DNA from: a virus
Taxonomy: Duplodnaviria > Heunggongvirae > Uroviricota > Caudoviricetes
Length of the DNA stretch: 12,516 bases
Direction: 5' to 3' (one strand)
Virus record (IMG/VR): IMGVR_UViG_2537561727_000005
Span: 1 to 12,516 of that record
Shown here: positions 1-7,902 of the stretch, piece after piece
Numbering within the stretch: position 1 is the stretch's first letter
How the letters are laid out: every line of letters begins with the position of its first letter
Notes under the pieces: model-generated
What the model saw: only the letters and a program-made list of their open reading frames with translations
Database searches by the model: none
What the model was told of the DNA's origin: nothing
Made by a program: the position numbers and the translations under genes

Positions 1-87
1 TGTCCATTAAAAATGATGGACATTATTTTTGTAGAGCCGGAGGAAACAGACCAGACGGTTTAAATGAGCCGGTTACTTTATCATCGC

Positions 88-146
88 CATAAAACAAAAC
101 TCGCCGTAGCGAGTTCAGATAAAAGAAAACCCGCACTCGGCGGGTT
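88..146 (-). terminator. Two tandem rho-independent terminators ending the leftward operon
   Basis: Minus-strand hairpins: 7-bp stem 128-134/140-146 (loop 135-139) followed by U-tract from 118-127; 7-bp stem 98-104/109-115 (loop cgta) followed by interrupted U-tract from 88-97. Confidence 0.55.
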
Positions 147-425
147 CGCATTCGTTCAAATTGCGTTTACTTCTTGGCGTTCTGTTCATCCATATCGATA
201 TACCATGGGTTGCTTCCCTTGGGCATGTTTAACGACTGCTCGCGATAGTATCTGATGCGCTCCATGAAATACTCGCGTGAGTGCTCAGGTTGCTCTCATG
301 ATACCTGCTCAGTGATAACAGGTATGTTAAGGCGCTCTCTGTACTCCATGCCTGATGCTGCAAGGTCAACGTTTACCTTGTTCTGTTTTTCTTTCGATTT
401 CTCGGCGATGTTATGCCTGACATTG

Positions 426-668
426 TCAACCCGCCTCCTTCTGAACATAACGGTTATAAATCAGTCCCTGAGGGCCATAAGGAAGCGGGATGTGCAACTC
501 CTCTGGTTCAGAAACTATCCATTCCCCGGCCATCTCCGCTGGAGAGGTAATGATAAGTTGTTTGCTAATAAAAGGACCACTCCTCTCAACAACAAGCTTA
601 CCATCTTCATTAATAAAAGCTTGGATGTCAGGTGTGCTTCCACACTTGGTGATGCAGCGTTTGAACAT
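426..668 (-). CDS. Small Cys/His-containing hypothetical protein (80 aa from ATG 668; 94 aa if ATG 710), at the position lambda ea8.5 occupies
   Basis: ORF in track; ATG at 668 has a GGGGGGA Shine-Dalgarno 6 nt upstream, ATG at 710 has none; last gene of the leftward operon before the terminators. Confidence 0.5.
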   Translation of the reverse strand: MFKRCITKCGSTPDIQAFINEDGKLVVERSGPFISKQLIITSPAEMAGEWIVSEPEELHIPLPYGPQGLIYNRYVQKEAG

Positions 669-794
669 TTTGTGTCCCCCCATTTTATGGACGGGGTAAT
701 TATAACACATTGAAATATAGTAATATTTGACGTAGATTTCTTTTGATCTATAAGCGATTTTTTAATGCTTTTAAGTTATAAATACTTGTTTTCA

Positions 795-1370
795 TCACCC
801 ATCTTGCTGCGGTGCTACTATTGAAAAGTACTCACACCCTTTAGCCCAAATAGTTTTGATAGTTGTCCAACTGACTGGAACCTTGATTTCGATTCTTCCG
901 CTGCCGTCACAAGTTTCGCAATCATCATCACCAAAGCATTCCGGGCAGCTTATAAACGTAGTTTCTGAAAATTCACCGGATAGCACACCCTTAGCGCCGT
1001 TCTCAGCGGTTAGTTTCTTCGGCACTATAACCCAACCATCCGGAGTTACCGGAGAATTGCCATTTATATCGAAGTTTGGCTCTGCGTCCTGAACCAGGAG
1101 GATGTAACCATTCTTGGCAGTATCAAGTTCTAACGCCTCGGTGACGGTACCGAAATAGCGATTACCTAAATCCGCATCACAAGTGCTTACATCAATGGAA
1201 ACCTCCATGCCTTCGATTAATTCTGGCAAGTTGTAAGTTTGGCTTACAGGTTCTGCTCCCAGTGATGCCAGTGCAATTCGTGCCAGTTCCATTTGTTCGC
1301 CACGAGTAAGCCCGTTTTCAAGCGGATTTTTAATGAACAATTCAATACGTTCTTTGGTAATAGTGGTCAT
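795..1370 (-). CDS. Hypothetical 191-aa protein with C-terminal tandem CxxCxG / CxxCxGxG (DnaJ-type) zinc-ribbon motif
   Basis: ATG at 1370 with AAGGA 7 nt upstream; starts 10 nt after stop of upstream gene; motif CPECFGDDDCETCDGSG read directly in translation. Confidence 0.75.
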   Translation of the reverse strand: MTTITKERIELFIKNPLENGLTRGEQMELARIALASLGAEPVSQTYNLPELIEGMEVSIDVSTCDADLGNRYFGTVTEALELDTAKNGYILLVQDAEPNFDINGNSPVTPDGWVIVPKKLTAENGAKGVLSGEFSETTFISCPECFGDDDCETCDGSGRIEIKVPVSWTTIKTIWAKGCEYFSIVAPQQDG

Positions 1371-1380
1371 TTGTTAGTCC

Positions 1381-2136
1381 TTAAACTGCTAGTTGCAATT
1401 GCATTTCAAAGCGGTCGCGTTGTTCACAATACGCAAGAGAACCAGGGCTATTGTGTGCCTCAATCCGTTCTACCATTAATGCTGCGCGTGTCTCTTTACT
1501 TGCAGGTGCATAAGCCCCAGACCAGGCTTTATCAATACCGATGTTTCGAGCGACGTTCGTACTATCTGCGCTGGCTAAGGGTAATTTTGTGAATATCAGC
1601 GGATTTAACATGCGCAATCCATGTAGTTTCGTAACCGGCTGACCATGCCCATCAACAATGTGACGAATCAGGTCTTTCATTCTGGCTACCGCAAGAGTTG
1701 GGCGCTTTACGTCATAGTCGCCACAACTACCGATAGCCACTCGCGGAAACTCATTGCACAAATGAATAAATCGCTCGTCACTTTCATTCATGTGCCACAC
1801 TGGAACGCCAGCTAGTTTTCCGTGAGGCCACTCATTCAGAAGCGCATCATTTTCCTCCTCTCCGCCATCAATAACATCCGGGATAATGGCAAAATCGAAT
1901 CCTGGGTGATTCTTCCAGCGAGCAACAAACTCGTAGTAATCGCTCCAGTCGATTTTGTTTTTGCCAGCTGCTTTCCAGGCGGTGAATGCACCGTTGTCCA
2001 GCGCGAACGACTGACAGTATTCAGCCGCGAGATTGATCTGGCCTGAATGCGCAAAACTGATAAACGCATGTCGCCCTTTCCATGCTCTCATTGCGCACGT
2101 ATCAGGAGTAATAGGCCCACCGTGGTAGTGAATCAT
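1381..2136 (-). CDS. Hypothetical 251-aa enzyme-like protein; N-terminal H-x-H (MIHYHGG) plus later His/Asp clusters (FAHSG, WHMNESD, VDGHG) suggest a metal-dependent hydrolase or phosphoesterase, family unassigned
   Basis: Track ORF 1381-2178; preferred start ATG 2136 has AGGAG 6 nt upstream and sits 2 nt after stop of upstream gene (2138-2140); no P-loop, no DPPY/NPPY, no CxCxxC...H motif seen. Confidence 0.75.
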   Translation of the reverse strand: MIHYHGGPITPDTCAMRAWKGRHAFISFAHSGQINLAAEYCQSFALDNGAFTAWKAAGKNKIDWSDYYEFVARWKNHPGFDFAIIPDVIDGGEEENDALLNEWPHGKLAGVPVWHMNESDERFIHLCNEFPRVAIGSCGDYDVKRPTLAVARMKDLIRHIVDGHGQPVTKLHGLRMLNPLIFTKLPLASADSTNVARNIGIDKAWSGAYAPASKETRAALMVERIEAHNSPGSLAYCEQRDRFEMQLQLAV

Positions 2137-2137
2137 C

Positions 2138-2545
2138 TCACTCTCCTTTGATGCGAATGCCAGTAGCGCGGATTGCATCGATGACTTCAGAAACTTTGTA
2201 TGCCATTACCGTTTGGTAATCATCGTGAAAATCTGTTCGATGAAGCATGCTGCTACGTTCCGGGAGCAGTATTTCCCGCGCTTCCAGTTCTGCAATGCGC
2301 TTTTTTGCTGCTTCCAGTTCATCCAGTAATTCCAGCACGGTAGCCGGATTAGCCTTGGCAACAAAATCCCGGACTGGCTTACAATCAATCTCCGCAATGG
2401 GTTGATACGATGTGTAGCCATGCTGTCTTGTATAACTACCGTGACGAATAACGAAAAAATCACCATTTATTTTTTTAGCCTGCCACTTATCTTCACCGGC
2501 TTTCTCTGCCGCTTCACGCAGTGCCTGAGAGTTAATTTCGCTCAC
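2138..2545 (-). CDS. Ead/Ea22-like early protein (135 aa) with coiled-coil segment LELLDELEAAKKRIAELEA
   Basis: GTG start at 2545 overlapping stop of upstream gene (GTGA), GAGAGG 6 nt upstream; family assignment from memory of lambdoid early-region proteins. Confidence 0.65.
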   Translation of the reverse strand: MSEINSQALREAAEKAGEDKWQAKKINGDFFVIRHGSYTRQHGYTSYQPIAEIDCKPVRDFVAKANPATVLELLDELEAAKKRIAELEAREILLPERSSMLHRTDFHDDYQTVMAYKVSEVIDAIRATGIRIKGE

Positions 2546-2763
2546 TTCGAACCTCTCTGTTTACTGATAAGCTCCAGATCTTGCTGGCAACTGGCACAAG
2601 TCCGACAACCCTGAACGGCCAGTCGTCTTCGTTCATCTATCGGATCGCCACACTCACAACAATGAGTGGCAGATATAGCCTGGTGGTTCAGGCGGCGCAT
2701 TTTTATTGCTGTGTTGCGCTGTAATTCTTCAATTTCTGATGCTGAATCAATGATGTCTGCCAT
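2542..2763 (-). CDS. TraR/DksA-family C4 zinc-finger protein (73 aa)
   Basis: CCECGDPIDERRRLAVQGCRTCASCQ gives a CxxC-17-CxxC spacing typical of DksA/TraR zinc fingers; common in lambdoid early-left regions. Confidence 0.75.
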   Translation of the reverse strand: MADIIDSASEIEELQRNTAIKMRRLNHQAISATHCCECGDPIDERRRLAVQGCRTCASCQQDLELISKQRGSK

Positions 2764-2810
2764 CTTTCATTAATCCCTGAATTGTTGGTTAATACGCTTG
2801 AGGGTGAATG

Positions 2811-2839
2811 CGAATAATAAAAAAGGAGCCTGTAGCTCC
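2811..2839 (-). terminator. Weak terminator-like hairpin between the exo block and the accessory operon
   Basis: Minus strand GGAGC-tacag-GCTCC (2825-2839) followed by TTTTTTATTATT (2811-2824); only a 5-bp stem. Confidence 0.3.
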
Positions 2840-2861
2840 CTGATGATTTTGCTTTTCATGT

Positions 2862-3143
2862 TCACCGTTCCTTAAAGACGCCGTTCAACATGCCGATCGC
2901 CAGGCTTAAATGAGTCGGTGTGAATCCCATCAGCGTTACCGTTTCGCGGTGCTTCTTTAGTACGCTACGGCAAATGTCATCGACGTTTTTATCCGGAAAC
3001 TGCTGTCTGGCTTTTTTGATTTCAGAATTAGCCTGACGGGCAATGCTGCGAAGGGCGTTTTCTTGCTGAGGTGTCATTGAACAAGCCCCATGTCGGCAAG
3101 CATAAGCACACAGAATATGAAGCCCGCTGCCAGAAAAATGCAT
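2862..3143 (-). CDS. Lambda orf61-like small early protein (71 aa if start at ATG 3077, MTPQQENALRS...)
   Basis: Position and sequence resemble lambda small ORF between ea22 and exo, from memory; start ambiguous. Confidence 0.55.
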   Translation of the reverse strand: MHFSGSGLHILCAYACRHGACSMTPQQENALRSIARQANSEIKKARQQFPDKNVDDICRSVLKKHRETVTLMGFTPTHLSLAIGMLNGVFKER

Positions 3144-3153
3144 TCAGTGGTTG

Positions 3154-3345
3154 TCATACCTGGTCTCTCTCATCTGCTTCTGCTTTCGCCACCATCATTT
3201 CCAGCTTTTGTGAAAGGGATGCGGCTAACGTATGAAATTCTTCGTCTGTTTCTACTGATATTGGCACAAACCTGACTCCAATTTGAGCGAGGCTATGTGC
3301 CATCTCGATACTCGTTCTTAACTCAACGGGAGATGCTTTGTGCAT
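3154..3345 (-). CDS. Lambda orf63-like small early protein (63 aa)
   Basis: ATG 3345 with GGGGAG 4 nt upstream; sequence [23 protein letters not shown]... matches my memory of lambda orf63. Confidence 0.6.
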   Translation of the reverse strand: MHKASPVELRTSIEMAHSLAQIGVRFVPISVETDEEFHTLAASLSQKLEMMVAKAEADERDQV

Positions 3346-3500
3346 ACAGCTCCCCGTTTATTATTTATCTCCTCAGCCAGCCGCTGTGCTTTCAGGGGAT
3401 TTCTGATAACAGAAAGGCCGGGAAATACCCAGCCTCGCTTTGTAATGGAGTAGACGAAAGTGATCGCGCCCACCCGGATATTATCGTGAGGATGCGTCAT
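3318..3500 (-). CDS. Lambda orf60a-like small early protein (60 aa, [17 protein letters not shown]...)
   Basis: ATG 3500 overlaps exo stop as ATGA; sequence matches my memory of lambda orf60a. Confidence 0.6.
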   Translation of the reverse strand: MTHPHDNIRVGAITFVYSITKRGWVFPGLSVIRNPLKAQRLAEEINNKRGAVCTKHLPLS

Positions 3501-4177
3501 CGCCATTGCTCCCCAAATACAAAACCAATTTCAGCCAGTGCCTCGTCCATTTTTTCGATGAACTCCGGCACCATCTCGTCAAAACTCGCCATGTAATTTT
3601 CATCCCGCTCAACCACGACATAATGCAGGCCTTCACGCTTCATTCGTGGGTCATAGTTGGCAAAGTACCAGGCATCTTTTCGCGTCACCCACATGCTGTA
3701 CTGCACCTGGGCCATGTAATCCGACTTTATGGCCTCGAAACCACCGAGCCGGAATTTCATGAAATCCCGGGAGGTAAACGGGCATTTCAGTTCAAGGCCG
3801 TTGCCGTCACTGCATAAACCATCGGGAGAGCAGGCGGTGCGCATACTTTCGTCGCGATAGATGATCGGGGATTCAGTAACATTCACGCCGGAAGTAAACT
3901 CAAACAGGGCTCTGGCGTCGTTCTCGTACTGTTTTCCCCAGGCCAGCGCCTTAGCATTAACTTCCGGAGCCACACCGGTGCAAACCTCAGCCAGCAGGGT
4001 GTGGAAGTAGGACATTTTCATGTCAGGCCACTTTTTTCCGGAGCGGGGTTTTGCTATTACGTTATGAACTTCTGAAGCTGTGATGACGCCGAGCCGTAAT
4101 TTGTGCCACGCATCATCTCCCTGTTCGACAGCTCTCACGTCGATCCCGGCACGCTGCAGGATAATGTCCGGTGTCAT
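3497..4177 (-). CDS. exo: Lambda exonuclease (Red-alpha, Exo), intact 226 aa
   Basis: Translation near-identical along its full length to lambda Exo (MTPDIILQR...GFVFGEQWR). Confidence 0.97.
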   Translation of the reverse strand: MTPDIILQRAGIDVRAVEQGDDAWHKLRLGVITASEVHNVIAKPRSGKKWPDMKMSYFHTLLAEVCTGVAPEVNAKALAWGKQYENDARALFEFTSGVNVTESPIIYRDESMRTACSPDGLCSDGNGLELKCPFTSRDFMKFRLGGFEAIKSDYMAQVQYSMWVTRKDAWYFANYDPRMKREGLHYVVVERDENYMASFDEMVPEFIEKMDEALAEIGFVFGEQWR

Positions 4178-4368
4178 GCTGCCACCTTCTGCTCAGTGGC
4201 TTTCTGTTTCAGGAATCCAAGAGCTTTCACTGCTTCGGCCTGTGTCAGTTCTGACGATGCGCGAATGTCGCGGCGAAATATCTGGGAACAGAGCGGCAAT
4301 AAGTCGTCATCCCATGTTTTATCCAGGGCGATCAGCAGAGTGTTAATCTCCTGCATGGTTTCATCGTT
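4174..4368 (-). pseudogene. bet: bet (Red-beta) C-terminal remnant, about 65 codons; N-terminal roughly 200 codons deleted
   Basis: Translation ...NDETMQEINTLLIALDKTWDDDLLPLCSQIFRRDIRASSELTQAEAVKALGFLKQKA..QKVAA matches lambda Bet C-terminus; upstream in-frame sequence is unrelated and hits a stop at 4420-4422. Confidence 0.9.
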
Positions 4369-4370
4369 AA

Positions 4371-4832
4371 GCAGCAGAGAAGAAACGACGACGAGAGGAG
4401 CAGAAACAGAAAGATAAACTTAAGATTCGAAAACTCGCCTTAAAGCCCCGCAGTTACTGGATTAAACAAGCCCAACAAGCCGTAAACGCCTTCATCAGAG
4501 AAAGAGACCGCGACTTACCATGTATCTCGTGCGGAACGCTCACGTCTGCTCAGTGGGATGCCGGACATTACCGGACAACTGCTGCGGCACCTCAACTCCG
4601 ATTTGATGAACGCAATATTCACAAGCAATGCGTGGTGTGCAACCAGCACAAAAGCGGAAATCTCGTTCCGTATCGCGTCGAACTGATTAGCCGCATCGGG
4701 CAGGAAGCAGTAGACGAAATCGAATCAAACCATAACCGCCATCGCTGGACTGTCGAAGAGTGCAAGGCGATCAAGGCAGAGTACCAACAGAAACTCAAAG
4801 ACCTGCGAAACAGCAGAAGTGAGGCTGCATGA
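4371..4832 (+). pseudogene. ninG: ninG C-terminal remnant, about 150 codons with no start codon; N-terminal roughly 50 codons deleted
   Basis: Frame translation [17 protein letters not shown]...[11 protein letters not shown] matches lambda NinG C-terminal portion; in-frame stop at 4368-4370. Confidence 0.85.
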
Positions 4833-5494
4833 ATATCTACGAAAGAATTGATGGCAGCAAATACCGAAATATTTGGGTAGCTGGCGACCTGCACGGATGC
4901 TACACGAACCTGATGAACAAACTGGATACGATTGGATTCGACACCAAAAAAGACCTGCTCATCTCGGTTGGCGATTTGGTTGATCGCGGTACAGAGAACG
5001 TCGAATGTCTGGAATTAATCACATTCCCCTGGTTCAGAGCTGTGCGTGGAAACCATGAGCAAATGATGATTGATGGCTTATCAGAGCGTGGAAACGTTAA
5101 TCACTGGCTGCTTAATGGCGGTGGCTGGTTCTTTAATCTCGATTACGACAAAGAGACTCTGGCTAAAGTTCTTGCCCATAAAGCAGAAGAACTTCCGTTA
5201 ATCATCGAACTGGTGAGCAAAGATAAAAAATATGTCATTTGCCACGCCGATTATCCTTGTAACGAATACGAATTTGGAAAGCCAGTTGATCCTCAGCAGG
5301 TAATCTGGAACCGCGAACGAATCGGCAACTCACAAGACGGGATCGTGAAAGAAATCAAAGGCGCGGACACGTTCATCTTTGGTCATACGCCAGCAGTGAA
5401 ACCACTCAAATTTGCCAACCAGATGTATATCGATACTGGCGCAGTGTTCTGCGGAAACCTCACATTGATTCAGGTACAGGGAGAAGGCGCATGA
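4829..5494 (+). CDS. Lambda-type Ser/Thr protein phosphatase (orf221/NinI family), intact 221 aa
   Basis: Near-identical to lambda phosphatase incl. GDLHG and GNHE metallophosphatase motifs; ATG overlaps ninG stop (ATGA). Confidence 0.95.
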   Translation: MNIYERIDGSKYRNIWVAGDLHGCYTNLMNKLDTIGFDTKKDLLISVGDLVDRGTENVECLELITFPWFRAVRGNHEQMMIDGLSERGNVNHWLLNGGGWFFNLDYDKETLAKVLAHKAEELPLIIELVSKDKKYVICHADYPCNEYEFGKPVDPQQVIWNRERIGNSQDGIVKEIKGADTFIFGHTPAVKPLKFANQMYIDTGAVFCGNLTLIQVQGEGA

Positions 5495-5623
5495 GACTCG
5501 AAAGCGTAGCTAAATTTCATTCGCCAAAAAGCCCGATGATGAGCGACTCACTACTGGCCACAGTTTATTGGTTTTCGTAACTGAGTCATTTTATTATTTT
5601 ATTGCAACTTTTAATCTTTTATA

Positions 5624-5672
5624 GTGCGAAATAAATGGAGCTGGCATTCATTTCGCACTTTATGTTTTTGTT
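5624..5672 (+). terminator. Rho-independent terminator downstream of the phosphatase gene
   Basis: 10-bp stem AGTGCGAAAT (5624-5633) / ATTTCGCACT (5650-5659), 16-nt loop, followed by TTATGTTTTTGTT. Confidence 0.5.
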
Positions 5673-5705
5673 GGACTTATGTTATTTTGATTGAATTCAA
5701 TTCAG

Positions 5706-6665
5706 TTAAAAAAAGAAGGTGATTGCTCCATTTATAAATGAATAGTCATCCCCTGTCTTGAATTCTGATGTTACTTTATTAAATGCTAGTGTGAAGGCTA
5801 CAGGTGCATACCCAATTGTTGCGCCAACTTGATATTCATCAACAGTTTTGTTTAGCGATACTGTTGTTTGTTTCGTCTGTATTGTTTTTCCTTCGAGAGT
5901 ATAGTTGCGATTGACATCTCGTCTTTCCATACCTGCAAAAATCTTGTATTTGAATCCGCTTGTATCGGACATATGCATTAAACCACGGGGAGCCAGCAGA
6001 CCAAAGCCATTATCCGAATTGAAGGTTTTATCATTACCAATGGCAATGGTTGCGCCATATGCTACATATTGAAATAAGTTTCCAGTAACAGCAGAAACTT
6101 CAGGGTATAATCCAACATTAGCACCTAAAATATCCATACTTGGTGTCATGGATAGCATCCCTTTTACAGTATAACCGTAGCGATTCTCTATTTGATCATC
6201 CCATGCATGATATTTTTCTGCCCCAATAATCTCATGAGCTTTATTTTGTACTTTCTGACCGCCTGCGTCGGGGCCAACAACACCTATGTCAGTACCTAAT
6301 CGATAGCGAATCCAGTCATTCGCAAGGGAGTTCCATTCAATACCAGTGTGAGTGTATGCACTAAAAGCTCTGTCTCCAGTTACAGCTGTGTTGTGTCTTT
6401 TATTACTGCCTGATGGAGAGTAAATATCTTGCGCAATATGGAGAGATAATTGGCTCGAGTCTGAGATATCGTGGCTATATCCCAGAAATAAGCCTTGTGA
6501 GTAATCATCTCTGTTTTCATGTTTATTGCCATAAATATCATTAAGTATTGGTTGAAACTTCCCTGCATCATCATTTGCTAATGATAATGCAAGGCTGTTC
6601 GCGATAGCTGAACACGTGGTAAATGACAGAGCAATAAAGACGCCAGCGATGACACTTTTTTTCAT
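5706..6665 (-). CDS. lpxR: Outer-membrane lipid A 3'-O-deacylase LpxR-like (319-aa precursor, 22-aa signal peptide, C-terminal aromatic beta-barrel signature ...AITFFF)
   Basis: Signal peptide with AIA cleavage motif; mature numbering places N9, D10, S34, K67, Q118 and H122 where I recall the Salmonella LpxR active-site residues; 319 aa equals Salmonella LpxR precursor length; gene is markedly AT-rich. Confidence 0.8.
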   Translation of the reverse strand: MKKSVIAGVFIALSFTTCSAIANSLALSLANDDAGKFQPILNDIYGNKHENRDDYSQGLFLGYSHDISDSSQLSLHIAQDIYSPSGSNKRHNTAVTGDRAFSAYTHTGIEWNSLANDWIRYRLGTDIGVVGPDAGGQKVQNKAHEIIGAEKYHAWDDQIENRYGYTVKGMLSMTPSMDILGANVGLYPEVSAVTGNLFQYVAYGATIAIGNDKTFNSDNGFGLLAPRGLMHMSDTSGFKYKIFAGMERRDVNRNYTLEGKTIQTKQTTVSLNKTVDEYQVGATIGYAPVAFTLAFNKVTSEFKTGDDYSFINGAITFFF

Positions 6666-7140
6666 ATGTTATTGTCTTCCTTTTTTTTGAATGGTGCGCG
6701 TATTTTACATACATGAGTTTGTAATACAAGGTGCGTAATCAATATGATGTTTTATAATTGCGTGAGACAATTGATTTATTCGTTTTTTATTGCGGTTTTT
6801 ATTATCTTTTAATGTAACAGTGTTTTTATTAAGTGTGTTTGCGTGGTGTTTTATGTTTTTTATAATTTTTATTTTATTAAATTTAAATGCATTAGTAATG
6901 GCTATTCTATATAGCAATATAAGAACTGTTACAAAAAAAGGGGGGGCAATTACAGGTAGTTATGGATGATGAGTGAAACAGATATTGGAGAACCGGGGAA
7001 TGAATGATGTCTGAGTCTTATATATCAGAACTCCTTCGCTGTCGCTGGGGGCTCCTGTGCTTATGTCGTTTCCCCGATTCGGTTTTGAACGATTACCGAA
7101 TGTTGAAGAATTATGCCAAAATATAGAAAGGATTTACTGC

Positions 7141-7830
7141 ATGAATACCCAATATTTACAGTATGTTCGTGAGCAACTTATGGCAGCTACTGCTGACTTG
7201 AACGGAGCAACGAAAGGCCAGCTCGAAGCCTGGCAGGAGCATGCACAATTTGATACTGGTACATACAAACGAAAGAAGCCGCGCATTCTGGATGTGGTAA
7301 CTGGCAAGATGATTACGCTGGATAATACGCCGACTTCCGGTAAGCAGTCGTACGCAAAAGGTTCATCCATTGCTTTGGTCAGCCCGGTTGAATTCTCAAC
7401 CTCTTCATGGCGCCGCGCGGTTTTGTCTCTCGATGAACATCAGAAAGCATGGTTGCTTTGGTGTTACAGCGAAAGCGTTCGATGGGGGCATCAGGTCACC
7501 ATAACGCAATGGGCATGGAGCGAGTTTAAGGATTTGTTAAGTAACAGAAAAATTGCAGGTAAGACACTGGATCGCCTGAAGACGTTAATCTGGCTGGCTG
7601 CACAGGATGTGAAGAGCGAACTTGCAGGGCGTGAGGCCTATGAATACCAGACACTGGCATCATTGGTGGGAGTGACAACAAAAAACTGGTCCGAGACATT
7701 TACTGAACGCTGGGTTGCAATGAAGCACATTTTTCTACAGCTTGATAGTGATGCTTTATTGCTTGTGACGAGAACACGTTCAAAACAAAAGGCAGCATTT
7801 TTACAGCAAAATATTGCAAAACTGGATTAA
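7141..7830 (+). CDS. Late-gene regulator at the Q position (putative Q-like antiterminator), 229 aa from ATG 7141
   Basis: Track ORF 7057-7830 starts at GTG; ATG 7141 has AAGGA 8 nt upstream; function inferred only from synteny (between nin region and lysis genes), I do not recognise the sequence. Confidence 0.5.
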   Translation: MNTQYLQYVREQLMAATADLNGATKGQLEAWQEHAQFDTGTYKRKKPRILDVVTGKMITLDNTPTSGKQSYAKGSSIALVSPVEFSTSSWRRAVLSLDEHQKAWLLWCYSESVRWGHQVTITQWAWSEFKDLLSNRKIAGKTLDRLKTLIWLAAQDVKSELAGREAYEYQTLASLVGVTTKNWSETFTERWVAMKHIFLQLDSDALLLVTRTRSKQKAAFLQQNIAKLD

Positions 7831-7875
7831 AAGCCATATACTTCATGCAAATTTGGTATGTTGTAAAAAATGTAT

Positions 7876-7902
7876 AAACCCGCTGCCGAGTGGGTTTTTT
7901 TT
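7876..7902 (+). terminator. Terminator-like hairpin 46 bp downstream of the Q-position gene (possible tR'-like element)
   Basis: AAACCC (7876-7881) / GGGTTT (7892-7897), 10-nt loop, followed by T-run to 7902. Confidence 0.4.

Noticed and set aside
1-22. Palindrome TGTCCAT-N8-ATGGACA at the window edge
   Set aside because: Could be an operator or part of an att/int-proximal site, but it is at the very edge with no context and a single 7-bp inverted repeat is not significant alone.
167-448. Two short minus-strand ORFs (167-265, 32 aa; 296-448, basic 50 aa) where lambda would have xis
   Set aside because: No Shine-Dalgarno sequence before either, no resemblance to lambda Xis as I recall it, and the 50-aa one overlaps the end of the 426-668 gene; too weak to call.
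64-713. Plus-strand ORFs 64-255 and 255-713
   Set aside because: They run through the minus-strand terminator hairpins and antisense to the minus-strand small gene; no ribosome-binding sites; composition looks like chance open frames.
1381-2136. Assignment of the 251-aa protein to a specific family (tRNA-guanine transglycosylase/DpdA-like, Dam-type methyltransferase, PAPS reductase)
   Set aside because: No CxCxxC...H zinc site, no DPPY/NPPY, no SGGxDS or Walker A motif seen; only the generic H-x-H/His/Asp pattern is supported, so I leave the family open.
490-2614. Track ORFs 490-699(+), 856-1092(+), 1293-1592(+), 1822-2046(+), 1836-2069(-), 2206-2466(-), 2402-2614(+)
   Set aside because: All lie antisense to, or in alternative frames within, the better-supported minus-strand genes; none has a start with a ribosome-binding site.
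3090-4894. Track ORFs 3090-3275(+), 3297-3596(+), 3506-3817(+), 4080-4346(+), 4103-4417(+), 4619-4894(-)
   Set aside because: Antisense to exo, the bet and ninG stubs, or the phosphatase gene, whose identities are secure.
6380-6917. Track ORFs 6380-6574(-) and 6705-6917(-)
   Set aside because: The first is an internal alternative frame of lpxR; the second is a Lys/Asn/Ile-rich low-complexity frame in AT-rich intergenic DNA.
7134-7370. Track ORF 7134-7370(-)
   Set aside because: Antisense within the Q-position gene.
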